A stretch of DNA of 64,000 nt from Negativicutes bacterium (GCA_963665275.2 CAXXIN010000013.1:64001-128000), one strand, 5' to 3'. Positions 29,845-40,085 are shown, numbered from the stretch's first letter. Notes: generated by a model from the letters alone, not told the origin. Translations and numbers: made by a program.

Positions 29845-31730
29845 TAGAAAAAGGCTGTCAAGGAGCCCCACCAGGTTGATCCCGGCTCTCCTGTCGTTAT
29901 TTCATGCAAATTATAATATTCCAGTCCGCCAACCAGATTTTCCGCCAATGTGTAATAAATTCCAATACCCAGTCCCCTATAACCCTGCATCCACCCGCCT
30001 CTGCCATTCATACTCGGCGAAATGTAAGTATATCGCGGTTGCGAGTAATATCTGGCAAAAATGCCATAAGTCCCCGGTCTCCAGGTTTTTAACTGGCCAT
30101 AATTCAAACCAAACACATAACCAAAATTATTGCCCTGGCTATCTTTCTGGCTTGCAAGCAAAATCATCGAACCCAGGCTGAAATTGCTGAATTTGTATTC
30201 TCCGGCCAAATTCACAATTGTATTCTGTTTCTGAAGCTCCTCATTCATCTTATAGTTATAGACACCAGCTTCCAGATTATAATCCAAAGCTTCCTGCCGC
30301 GCAGTGGCGATAAAGCTCTGTGTCGTATAATCGGTGTTCCCAAAAGCAAACGTATACTTTACAGGTCCACCAAAAGTAACCCTGCCGCCTACGAACGTGC
30401 TATCATAAATATTTCCGTCGGCCATAAAATAACCAAACGACCCTGCCTGAATAGTTCCCCCTTTAATATTTCCCGTCGTACTTAAACGAAAGGTAACTGC
30501 GTCATTATAATTCAGAAAACTCTTTTCTCCTTCAAGCATCCCATTAAAACGCCAATCCTTATTAACCCATACTTCGGCTCCAACGCGGGCGCGAAGGCCG
30601 GATGTATTCTGTCCCCAGCTTTGGTACCCTTGATTGACAGCGTAATGATACCGAATGTTTCCATCGATCTTCACTTTGTTGATCGGACTCTTTTTCGCGT
30701 CTCCCACGGTCATCAAATCGTTCATGATACCTGAATAAGTGTCTGGGGTAAGGGCTTTGGGCGCACGTGCTGCAGGCGGGCTTGCCGCATAAGCATTCGG
30801 CGGCGCAGCCGGCTTAGTTGTGCCTTGCGGCGCTGCGGATTCTTTGGGTCCGGCGACATTTGTCTGACTCGGCAAGCTTGTCGCGCCACCGGTCGCTTGT
30901 CGGGTCGCGTTGACGTGGTTAACATCAACCGTGTCCATATACTTGGTCGTCAGTTTGGCAAGATCGTTTGAAAAATCAGCTTTGGCCTTTTCAATGTTCA
31001 ACTTCGGATTGCTATATATCCTACTTTTGATTTGCGCCATGTCATTGCCGAAAGCAGATCTCTGGTCTGGCAACAAAGTTGGGCTAAGGTTGGCAACGGT
31101 TTGATCAACTTCGCTATCAACAGTGACCTTGAATTTTATAACATTATTATTAGGTAAAGCCCCAATCTTCTCAGCAAGCTGTCTCATTTCAGCAGCAAAA
31201 TCAGCTTTTGCTTGCTGAGGCGTGGCTTGAACTGGAGCAGCTTTTTCGCTTGTCACCTTAGTAGCTCCGGCGCTGATCGCTGAATTTGGAGTTTTATTTT
31301 GACCTTTATCTGGAACTGTATTTTTCGCAACTACAACCTCACGCGATTCCACTTTGGGCATAAAAGCCGATGTGATTTGCGCAACATCATAAGAAAAGTC
31401 CGCTTTGGATTTTTCAATGTTCAATTTGGGATCGGCGTATATTTTATTTTTGATCCGCGTCATTTCGTTAGCAAAAATAGGGCGTTGGTCCGGCGGCAGG
31501 GTTGGGTTGAGTTTGGCAACCGTTTGATCAACTTCACTATCAAGCGTAACCTTAAATCTAATGACATTATTATTGGGCAACGCAACAATCTTCGACGTCA
31601 GTTGCGCCATTTCGTAGGCGAAATCCGCTTTATCCTGCGCATGAGCCGTCTGAATAAAAAAACCTTCAATCGATAGTCCGATTATACTTAGCATGAAAAA
31701 CAGTACTATGAGCTTTTTCCCCAACCGCAT
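29844..31730 (-). CDS. Secreted protein with duplicated N-terminal helical domain and C-terminal OmpM-like beta-barrel porin
   Basis: Signal peptide (AHA|Q); two ~92 aa repeats; KVKIDGNIRYHY...VNKDWRFNGMLE; alternating aromatic strands; terminal Phe. Confidence 0.7.
   Translation of the reverse strand: MRLGKKLIVLFFMLSIIGLSIEGFFIQTAHAQDKADFAYEMAQLTSKIVALPNNNVIRFKVTLDSEVDQTVAKLNPTLPPDQRPIFANEMTRIKNKIYADPKLNIEKSKADFSYDVAQITSAFMPKVESREVVVAKNTVPDKGQNKTPNSAISAGATKVTSEKAAPVQATPQQAKADFAAEMRQLAEKIGALPNNNVIKFKVTVDSEVDQTVANLSPTLLPDQRSAFGNDMAQIKSRIYSNPKLNIEKAKADFSNDLAKLTTKYMDTVDVNHVNATRQATGGATSLPSQTNVAGPKESAAPQGTTKPAAPPNAYAASPPAARAPKALTPDTYSGIMNDLMTVGDAKKSPINKVKIDGNIRYHYAVNQGYQSWGQNTSGLRARVGAEVWVNKDWRFNGMLEGEKSFLNYNDAVTFRLSTTGNIKGGTIQAGSFGYFMADGNIYDSTFVGGRVTFGGPVKYTFAFGNTDYTTQSFIATARQEALDYNLEAGVYNYKMNEELQKQNTIVNLAGEYKFSNFSLGSMILLASQKDSQGNNFGYVFGLNYGQLKTWRPGTYGIFARYYSQPRYTYISPSMNGRGGWMQGYRGLGIGIYYTLAENLVGGLEYYNLHEITTGEPGSTWWGSLTAFF
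30935..31635 (-). repeat. Internal duplication of a ~92 aa domain
   Basis: KADFAxEMxQL..KI.ALPNNNVI.FKVT.DSEVDQTVA.L.PTL.PDQR...PKLNIEK.KADFS occurs twice. Confidence 0.9.
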
Positions 31731-31813
31731 CGTTCGCACCGCCACCTTAATTTTACGTTAGTCATTTTGTTTTCGAATAATCGATATTCACAGCCCTGCA
31801 AAGGCTCTCATTT

Positions 31814-34705
31814 TTACCGGGTACCAGAAATGAATAGGTTTCGTCTGATAATCTTCCCTGCGTTGGCAGATTTATTGGGAATAGGTGTATTCACCGCTTC
31901 CGCAACGTCATCTGGTGACGCCATTTGGGCGGGAGTCACAATCACTTCATCAGGGATTGCCTCCGAAATGTCTGCGCATGCGTCTTTGGCGGTATCCCTC
32001 ATAATCCACGCTTCCCACGTTGGCACCGTTTTGACAGGGGACACGTTCAGTTCAGCATTACAATCTCTAACAATCCGTGGTTCCCACGCTGGCGCCAATT
32101 TTTCGAGAGGCACAGTCACTTCAGCAGGGATTAACTCCGGTATGCTTTCACTTGTCGCTGGGGCAGCATCTCTCACAATCCACGGTTCCCATGCCGGCGA
32201 CGATATTTCGGAAATCACATTCTCTTCCACGGCGACTAACTCTTCCGGTATGCTAACACTTTGTTCTTGGGCGGAATCTCTTTCAATCCAAGTTTCCCAC
32301 AGCGGTTCCGTTTTTTCGGGAATCGCAGTCTCTTCAAAGGAGACCAACTCCTCCGGTATGCTAACACTTTGTTCTTGGGCGGAATCTCTTTCAATCCAAG
32401 TTTCCCACAGCGGTTCCGTTTTTTCGGGAATCGCAGTCTCTTCAAAGGAGACTAACTCCTCCGGTATGCTAACACTTTGTTCTTGGGCGGAATCTCTCGC
32501 AATCCACGTTTCCCACAACGGTGCATCGCCCGTCAGTTCGGGATGGGCTGCCGACGGTTCACGGCCCGCAAGTTTTGACTTGATGCGAATCGTAACATTT
32601 TTCCTTAACCTGTTACGGTTTTGCTGTTCAGTTGGTAAAACGGCGCCCGCAGTCACAGTTTCGAGAATTGGAACCGTAGTCTGTTCCATAGAACGAGGCT
32701 CTTCGAGTATCTCTTCGCGAGCCTCTTCCGCTCTAGCCTGCTCCGTTTTAGGTTTTCTATTGAAACCGAAGAAAAACAACAACAACATTATTAATCCGGC
32801 AAATGCTGCTCCAACGATGATAATCGGTTTCTTATATTGCCCCCAGTAACGGGTAAACACCCCTTGTGCAACCGGTTGCACAACCGAGGTGCTGTTATCA
32901 ACATCACGCACATCCACAGAAAAAATCCGGCCTGGTTGCCGGAACGCCATGACATTCCCCACCAGAGGCTCGTAATGTCCGGGGCGATTCAAAAACCGCA
33001 ATGCCGCCACAAGTAACCCGCCGTTCTGTTTTGTTGAAAATACAATAACTGGAGCTCCGTTATTCCCGGCGATTTTCCCCACAACCGAATTCAAATTGGG
33101 TTGTAACTCAGTCGGTATTGGCGGATTATTGTCCTGATACCCAGCTACACTCTGTCCCGGCAGAGTCGGCATGAGGTCTTGCAAAAAGGGCGGTTCATTC
33201 CCGGCGTTGATCAACGCGACGACATATTGATCCGGTGGAAGAAAAGTCTGCGCCGCCAGCGTCTGCAGGGTTGGAAAAGCATAGGTCGCCGTTGGCAGCT
33301 GCCGATTAAGGAAAACCATTAGCTCAGCGATCATTTTAAGCGGATCGCCCAACTTTTCATCCAGCAATACCGTCCCTTGTCGAGCAAAAAATATGCCGAT
33401 ATTGGACCACCCAAAATGATCCAGCTTTTGCTGTCCCGTTCCCCACATGTAACTGTTGGGAGAAACTTGCACCGAATGAGTAGTCCCACGAATCTGGCAC
33501 TGCCCCTGCTCTTCGGGATAATTTACTTGAACGTTCAGATTATTTTTCGACAACATCTCGGTACCAGTAGGCAGGGCAATATCTCTGCTAAATTGGCCTG
33601 CTTGATCCAGTGCCGAACTGTGCATCAATTTGCTGTTAAAGAACACATCAAGCCTTGCGGGCCTGGCCTGGTCAAATGCCACCATATTGGATCCTTCAAG
33701 GTGAATACCCATTTTTTCCGGTACATTCCCCCAAAGTGACGGGTATAGCGGGAAATCGGACGATACTTGCAAAACACCTTCCTGAACCGTCTGATTGCCG
33801 AATGAAATTTTTTCCGTTCCTTTTCCATCAGAATTCGTGGCAGAATTACTTTCGGGGGTGCGGCCAACGACCGAATTGCGCGGGAAAACCGGCAAATCCG
33901 CAAGCTGTCTCGCCACGGATTCAAGCTCACTTACACTACCCGCTGAAAGCAACAAGGTATTCGGATCCGCCAAGGCAATTCCGGCCTGCGTTTTGTTAAA
34001 ATAGGCAGGCAACTGGTTTCGCAAGGCGACCCAAATGCGAGGTGTGTTGGGTCGATCTCCCACCTCCCCCGCTTTAGCGATCTGAACATCCAAATGGGGA
34101 TAGTTTTTCTTTAATATGCCAAACGCCCACGCTGCCGGCGTCATTTCAGCCAATCCGGCATTATCGGGAACTACAATCAGCGCCGACTGTTGAAAATTGC
34201 CAAAAAAGTCCGCTACGCTGCGAACCGGCATCATATCATAATTCAAATCAATTTTTGTATCATTATGAACTGTATAAAATAGACCGCCTGTATAATAATC
34301 GCGGCAGAGATCATTGGAAATGAACATGTTCGCTTTGATCTGGAGGCGGAAAGCATCTCGAAACTCACCATCCAGCGGCAGATTGACTGTGATTTTTTTC
34401 TGTGCTCTCAGTTGTTTTACGGTTTTGCTCTCCAACAACTTATCGTTGAAATAAAATGAAAACAGAGCATCATCGTGAAGTTGAGGACTCGGCGTAAGTG
34501 AAAAAGTGGCAGAAGCCGAATAAATTTTAGCTAACCGTGGCACTGGAAACACCATTGACAAGGATGAGTTCGGAGCCTTAACGACAAGCTCTTTCTCGAA
34601 TTCGAGCGCATCCAGTCCAACGCTGCGATTGGCGGCCTGAACAGGCAATGCAATATGGAATACAAGCAAGACCGTAAGCATTATTCCAACAAATTTTCTA
34701 GTCAT
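31814..34705 (-). CDS. BcsB-like periplasmic co-polymerase with long acidic, repetitive C-terminal tail
   Basis: Signal peptide; DLCRD...LFYTVH and a second Cys (QCQI); TM near residue 640; paralog of 61373-63397. Confidence 0.65.
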   Translation of the reverse strand: MTRKFVGIMLTVLLVFHIALPVQAANRSVGLDALEFEKELVVKAPNSSLSMVFPVPRLAKIYSASATFSLTPSPQLHDDALFSFYFNDKLLESKTVKQLRAQKKITVNLPLDGEFRDAFRLQIKANMFISNDLCRDYYTGGLFYTVHNDTKIDLNYDMMPVRSVADFFGNFQQSALIVVPDNAGLAEMTPAAWAFGILKKNYPHLDVQIAKAGEVGDRPNTPRIWVALRNQLPAYFNKTQAGIALADPNTLLLSAGSVSELESVARQLADLPVFPRNSVVGRTPESNSATNSDGKGTEKISFGNQTVQEGVLQVSSDFPLYPSLWGNVPEKMGIHLEGSNMVAFDQARPARLDVFFNSKLMHSSALDQAGQFSRDIALPTGTEMLSKNNLNVQVNYPEEQGQCQIRGTTHSVQVSPNSYMWGTGQQKLDHFGWSNIGIFFARQGTVLLDEKLGDPLKMIAELMVFLNRQLPTATYAFPTLQTLAAQTFLPPDQYVVALINAGNEPPFLQDLMPTLPGQSVAGYQDNNPPIPTELQPNLNSVVGKIAGNNGAPVIVFSTKQNGGLLVAALRFLNRPGHYEPLVGNVMAFRQPGRIFSVDVRDVDNSTSVVQPVAQGVFTRYWGQYKKPIIIVGAAFAGLIMLLLFFFGFNRKPKTEQARAEEAREEILEEPRSMEQTTVPILETVTAGAVLPTEQQNRNRLRKNVTIRIKSKLAGREPSAAHPELTGDAPLWETWIARDSAQEQSVSIPEELVSFEETAIPEKTEPLWETWIERDSAQEQSVSIPEELVSFEETAIPEKTEPLWETWIERDSAQEQSVSIPEELVAVEENVISEISSPAWEPWIVRDAAPATSESIPELIPAEVTVPLEKLAPAWEPRIVRDCNAELNVSPVKTVPTWEAWIMRDTAKDACADISEAIPDEVIVTPAQMASPDDVAEAVNTPIPNKSANAGKIIRRNLFISGTR
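32234..32521 (-). repeat. 108-bp tandem repeat, about 2.7 near-identical copies
   Basis: Units start at 32234, 32342, 32450 and encode WETWIERDSAQEQSVSIPEELVSFEETAIPEKTEPL. Confidence 0.95.
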
Positions 34706-35045
34706 TTCTACTCCCCTCCCCACTGTCCGATGCAGACCCATTCCGAAACTTTATTCAATTAATATCGCAATATGCTTTGAGTATTCGATTTAATCATTAG
34801 TGCAATGAATAAATTTCAACAATATATCTTATCCAACATTGATAGAAGTTAGAAGAGATTATTTACACTTACACCTATTTTACTATATCTTACAGCGAAT
34901 CCCGTCACGCTGTCTATAACATAATAAATAATCACTCTTTGAAAAACTATTACTACTTCAATTTAATCATAAAGCATCTCCGGCTTCTTTGCCATTATCC
35001 GAAAGTAGAATCTTGTTGACTGCAACGCAAGCGCCGCTCTTGCTA

Positions 35046-35567
35046 TTATAATTTTCCATTTCGGATAAATTCAAGAATCCGTCCGCCCAATGCGATTCGC
35101 ATAAAAAAATAAAGCAAAAACAGCACACTGATATTATCTAATAAGTCCAGCTGTTTTATTCTGTATCCACCCATCTGCAAGAATCCCTGCCAGGCTTCAT
35201 TAACGGGTTTGGGAAACTGCCAACCTTCAAGAGGCCAAAAAAAGATTCCGGGATGAAGCCACATTACATCCAACATATCATGAAACAGTATCCCCAGGAA
35301 AACTGTTGACAGCCACAAATTGCGATTCCAAAGCCACTGAATGATCATCAGCAACCCAATGCATCCCAGAAAAGAGAAAGAATGGCCAAACGAGCGGCTC
35401 TCATATTCATAGCTTCCTGCCAACAAGCTAGCCAGTGGCTTGTCAATCAAATCCGGCAATAACGATGCGATAGCCAAAATCCGGTAGTCGATCTGTCGCA
35501 GCCGCAATCCTTTTTCCAGCAGTTTCACTCCAGTGGTCGTAAATCCAATATGGGATAAAGGTAACAT
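35046..35567 (-). CDS. Membrane-bound metal-dependent hydrolase (YdjM-like)
   Basis: H...LLPDLIDK...RSFGHS...HDMLD...WPL motifs. Confidence 0.75.
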   Translation of the reverse strand: MLPLSHIGFTTTGVKLLEKGLRLRQIDYRILAIASLLPDLIDKPLASLLAGSYEYESRSFGHSFSFLGCIGLLMIIQWLWNRNLWLSTVFLGILFHDMLDVMWLHPGIFFWPLEGWQFPKPVNEAWQGFLQMGGYRIKQLDLLDNISVLFLLYFFMRIALGGRILEFIRNGKL

Positions 35568-35595
35568 TTTTCCTCCGGTTTACTTGATATAATGG

Positions 35596-36858
35596 TTAAT
35601 TGTTTTGATTATTCATGCCCAACACCTTGACGTTGAATCCTGCATCTTTCCATTTCGCATGGTTCAAGCAATTTCGGGTGTCGAACAGTTGCTTGTTCCT
35701 CATGAGAAGTCCCAGTTCAGGCGCGGAAAGATATTTATATTCTTTATGATCCGCCAGCAGCACCACCAAATCAGAGGCTAAAAACGCTTCTTCGAGATTC
35801 GACATTTCAAATTCATAGTTTTTTACATATGGATCGTAAATTTTCACGCCGATATTTTTCTTCACAAGTTCTCGTATGACTTCCGTCGCAGGGCTTTCAC
35901 GGATGTCATCCACATTGCCCTTGTATGCAACTCCCAGAACAGTGACCTTGGGATCGGCAATCTGCTCCAACATTTTCTCCACTAGTCCAGCGACAAAGTG
36001 CGGCATCGTATTGTTTATTTCCCGACTAAGTTGAATTAGCTTGGCATTCCTGGATTTTTCAACGATGAACCAAGGATCAACCGCCAGACAATGTCCTCCA
36101 ACTCCAGGTCCCGGTTGGTGCAGATTTACTCTCGGATGCATGTTGGCAAGTTTAATTACTTCCAGTGCATCCAAATTTAATTCATACGCGATTTTGCAGA
36201 CCTCATTGGCCAATGCAATGTTCACATCGCGAAAGGTATTCTCCATCAATTTCGCCATTTCCGCCGAGGTGGCATCCGTAATGACCAAATTTCCTTGAAC
36301 CACCTTTTCATAAATCTCTCTGGCTTTTTCGGCGGACTGGTTGTTGATGCCGCCAATGATCCGATCATTGCTAACGAATTCATGCAAAATATTCCCCGGC
36401 AATACCCGCTCCGGACAATGCGCCAGAAAAATCTCTTCGCCGATTCCATAGCCACTTTTCAATAATATGGGAATCAAAATATCTGCCGTGGTGCGCGGGG
36501 GGCAAGTGGACTCCAAAATCACCAAATTCCCTTTTCGCAAGAACGGCAATATCGATTCAGCAGCCTTTGTAACGTACGTCAAGTCTGCAGTATTATCGCT
36601 TTTAATCGGAGTTGGAACGGCAATAATGAAAGTATCAGCTTCTTCGGGCATTAGCTGCGCACGCATGTTACCTGATTGAACCGCCGCATAGACAACGGTT
36701 TTCAGTCCCGGTTCGTTAATATGAATCTGGCCTTTGTTTATTACATCAACAATCTTGGAATCAACGTCAACGCCAATAACTTGAAACCCATTTGTCGCCA
36801 AAATACTTGCGGTTGGAAGGCCAATATACCCTAGCCCCAAAACACATATTTTATTCAC
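35596..36858 (-). CDS. wecC: UDP-N-acetyl-D-mannosamine dehydrogenase
   Basis: GLGYIGLPT, CPERVLPG, KLMENTFRDVNIA, PGPGVGGHC, DIRESP. Confidence 0.85.
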   Translation of the reverse strand: MNKICVLGLGYIGLPTASILATNGFQVIGVDVDSKIVDVINKGQIHINEPGLKTVVYAAVQSGNMRAQLMPEEADTFIIAVPTPIKSDNTADLTYVTKAAESILPFLRKGNLVILESTCPPRTTADILIPILLKSGYGIGEEIFLAHCPERVLPGNILHEFVSNDRIIGGINNQSAEKAREIYEKVVQGNLVITDATSAEMAKLMENTFRDVNIALANEVCKIAYELNLDALEVIKLANMHPRVNLHQPGPGVGGHCLAVDPWFIVEKSRNAKLIQLSREINNTMPHFVAGLVEKMLEQIADPKVTVLGVAYKGNVDDIRESPATEVIRELVKKNIGVKIYDPYVKNYEFEMSNLEEAFLASDLVVLLADHKEYKYLSAPELGLLMRNKQLFDTRNCLNHAKWKDAGFNVKVLGMNNQNN

Positions 36859-36913
36859 TACCGCTTCCTCCAATCCTGCTGTCAACCCCGCTACGCCGTT
36901 AAGCCTTCTCTAT

Positions 36914-37849
36914 CTAGCCAACAATCACAATTTCACCCGTTTTCTCTTCAGTGAGTTTTTGGTAACCCTTTACGACAAAAGCCCACCCGCAATACATTTT
37001 ATTGTGCTGATTCCTATCCCATTGCTTCGCATAATCCAGAAAGGTCTTGCGATCAAACAATTCGTACATGACTTTTAATTGTGCGATGTGAAGGCGATGA
37101 TAAAACGGGCTGGATAGCTTATTGCCCACATCATATTTTGACCAATAGCCGCAATCAAATAGTGCAAGATCCTGTTCAAGGGCATTGACGGCATTATCGA
37201 GAAACTGCTTGTACTGAGGATCTCCGCTGGCCTTATAATAGTCGAAAAGTCCCCAAGTGGAAAATATCCATCCGTTGAGCACCACTGGTTTCTCGATATA
37301 TTCTTTGAACCACATTTTCCCATCGTTATATTGCGTACAGCCTCCATCGGCAATAGCACGACACATGAAATCAACAGCCCGCTTTGCTGCCTGCAAATAT
37401 TTCAGGTCGCGGGTTTCCATGTACGCCCGTGCCAACAATGAAGCGCCTTCCCCTTGAGCCATTGACGAGTAGGGTGGGGATATATTGACAATCGAAAATG
37501 TATTCCAGGCTCCACTTTCTTCTTGGTTGGCCAGGGCCCAGTCGACAGTTCGCATGAAAAGCTGTTTGTATTTTTTTTCCCCAGTCATGAGGTATAAATC
37601 GTATGCACCCAATCCATACTGAAATATGGCAATCGAAAAATAAACTCGTTTCCCTTCATTTGTTATGTTATATACAAGGCTGGTTTCATCCAGCAGTACA
37701 CCGGGATTCAATACTTTTTCTGTAAGATTATTGTAATAACCCTTTACTTCACTCTTGGAATAAGTTCTCCCCGCATCCTGGATAACATGGAGAACACTTC
37801 TTCCACTTAACATCTTGATCCATTTATTCAAGAGGCGGACTGCTTTCAT
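36914..37849 (-). CDS. D-glucuronyl C5-epimerase family protein
   Basis: YSSMAQG, VLNGWIF..WGLFDY, WSKYD, YHRLHIAQL motifs of the C5-epimerase C-terminal domain. Confidence 0.8.
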   Translation of the reverse strand: MKAVRLLNKWIKMLSGRSVLHVIQDAGRTYSKSEVKGYYNNLTEKVLNPGVLLDETSLVYNITNEGKRVYFSIAIFQYGLGAYDLYLMTGEKKYKQLFMRTVDWALANQEESGAWNTFSIVNISPPYSSMAQGEGASLLARAYMETRDLKYLQAAKRAVDFMCRAIADGGCTQYNDGKMWFKEYIEKPVVLNGWIFSTWGLFDYYKASGDPQYKQFLDNAVNALEQDLALFDCGYWSKYDVGNKLSSPFYHRLHIAQLKVMYELFDRKTFLDYAKQWDRNQHNKMYCGWAFVVKGYQKLTEEKTGEIVIVG

Positions 37850-37885
37850 CTCTTATCTCCCACTCGCTTGGAAAACACTAAAAAT

Positions 37886-38880
37886 TCAAAACCCCTTTGA
37901 TTGTCGATAGCCTGCCAGAATCTGATCCACCGTCCGAGTTGCCCGAGCCGCACTGGCAGCATCGCCGGGGCACTTGCCCACACCATTGAGCTCATCAACG
38001 ATGGTTTGGATAAAGGGCTGCTGCACATGAACCGGGTTAGCATAGTGCAGTTCCCTGATACCCTCCTTCGTATGAACGTATACCGGCTGATCCGAGAAAA
38101 AAGGCAAACCGGATTCTCCCGGTAGAACCTTCAATGACCACTTCGTCGCGGTATTCAAAGCAAGTGTAGCCCCAACTGCCGGTACCCAGTACCCCGGACG
38201 CGGATCTCCAGAGCGCCGTCACGACATCCTCGACCTCATATAATCCAGCCTGATTTCCCGCAATGCCCACGCACTTCCTCCATCGGGCCGAAAAGGAAGT
38301 CCATCATATCAATCACGTGGATGCCGCTATCGAGAAACTTGCCGCCGCCGGCGATTTGCGGCAACAACCTCCACGGCAAATGGTCGCGGTCAAAATCTGT
38401 CGGCTGAGGCGGTTGGTATTGCGTTACCTGGACGATTCGCACTTCGCCAATAGCTTTTTGATCCAGAAGATCTTTAATTTTGATGAACCGGTCCATCGCC
38501 CGGCGATAAAAAGCAACATAGAGCGGCGTCTGTGCCAATTCAGCTGCACGGATCATTTCCAGGCAATCTTCGTATCGATCGGCCATGGGCTTTTCTACAT
38601 AGGCCACTTTACCATGTTTCGAGCATAACAGGGCATACTGCTTGTGGAAGGCAGGCGGCGTCGCGACATACACCGCGTCGATTTCCGCATCACTCATCAT
38701 CTCTTCCACAGAAGCGTAAACCTTCGGCACGCCATGTCGCTTCGCATAGTCCACGGCCCGCTCTTCATGAAGGCTGAAAACGCCCTGCAGCGTGGAGTGG
38801 TTGGCTTTGTAAAGCCCCGGGCCGCTTTTCACTTCCGTCACTGCGCCGCAGCCAATCATCCCCCAGCGAATAGTCCTCAT
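37886..38880 (-). pseudogene. Gfo/Idh/MocA oxidoreductase interrupted by two +1 frameshifts (about 38267 and 38100), possibly sequencing errors
   Basis: GCGAV, VATPP..H, VEKP, GGG.FLD.GIH; three consecutive ORF pieces join at G3 and T6 runs. Confidence 0.75.
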
Positions 38881-38925
38881 AGCACACCTCCTGTTGAAAT
38901 TGTCAATGCAGCAATTATTGCAGCG

Positions 38926-40085
38926 TTACACTTCGTAATCATCCAGTATCGTCCGAAGAATATCTTTCTCGGAGTAATGTTCAAGAACATACTGTCTTTC
39001 AGCGTTTGCTTCGATTTTACCTGCCTGCCACAATCGATGATACTCCATGATTCCTTCAGCAATAGCTTCCGGATGAATGCTGGCAAACAAACGCTCCGGT
39101 TTCCCTCGCAAAACCTCTGGAAAAGCGCAAATCGGCGTAGCCAAAACAGGAGTTCCACAGGCCATGGCTTCGAGAACAGGCAGGCCAAATCCTTCACCAT
39201 CAATGGATGGCATAATAAAAACATCTGCGGCCTGATATCGTTGCACAACTTCCTCATCAGGCACATACCCCAAGAATGATACCGAGCCGGCCAATCCCAA
39301 CTCCGTCGCCCAGTTGCTCCAACTCGTTTCGCATGGGTCCCTTTCCGCCGATAATCAGCTTGGCATGAGGAATGCGATCTTTGATCAGCGCAAATGCTCG
39401 AATCAAATTGTCCAGGCCCATTCGCGCCTGCAGTCCGCGAAGCGTATAGATAATGAAATCAGTGGCTTCCATAGCTAATTCCGACCGAACCGACTCCCGA
39501 TTGACCGGCAAAACGAAGATGTCCATGTCGATCCAATCAGGCACAATTCGAATCTTGGCGCCGAACGCTTCATAGTCTGTAATCCGGACCCGCGTATAGT
39601 CTGAAATGCAGTGGATTTTCGCGCTGCGCGCATACACGGCATTTTCGATATGGGTCATCATGCGTTCCTTCAAGCTTGAATCTTGGGACAAAGTTCCCAG
39701 CATTTTATGATGGTAGATCATCGGGTCGTGAACCGTAAATATTTTCCTAACTTTGGAGGACAAATACCGGGATAAAAAATAGTAAGTCATATAGTCATGT
39801 CCGTGCAATACATCCGGTTCCTGGTCCCCAAAATGCGTTTTCCAGCCGCGCCAGCAGTTCGCCATCATCGTTGCAAAATTCATCACTGAACTGCGCCGTT
39901 TTTGAAATGCGAAGGTATATACGGGGACTCCTTCCAATTCGTAGGACTCACATAGGGTACTGGGGCAGAATATTACCGCGTCAAATCCGCACTTGCGCAA
40001 GCTTTTGGCGTGTGTAAGTGCAACCACTTGCAACCCCCCGTTTTTGCCGCGGATCTGCCGAAGATAGTATGGTTATTTTTTTCAA
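38926..40085 (-). pseudogene. GT4 glycosyltransferase interrupted by two frameshifts (about 40043 and 39310)
   Basis: TTG start after AGGAG; GGLQ N-terminal motif; EGFGLPVLEAMACGTPV in last piece; breaks at A5/G6 and G3 runs. Confidence 0.75.

Noticed and set aside
32234-32521. Possible CRISPR array
   Set aside because: Whole 108-bp units repeat with no unique spacers, in frame inside a CDS, and no cas genes
31767-32849. 360 aa plus-strand ORF with repeats
   Set aside because: Antisense shadow of the repetitive BcsB-like tail; no RBS or family motifs
34741-35045. c-di-GMP riboswitch upstream of the synthase operon
   Set aside because: Could not find the class I (GEMM) or class II consensus by eye; an Rfam scan would settle it
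38877-39266. 129 aa minus-strand ORF overlapping the GT4 C-terminus
   Set aside because: The overlapping frame 38926-39300 carries the GT4 EGFG..EAMACG motif
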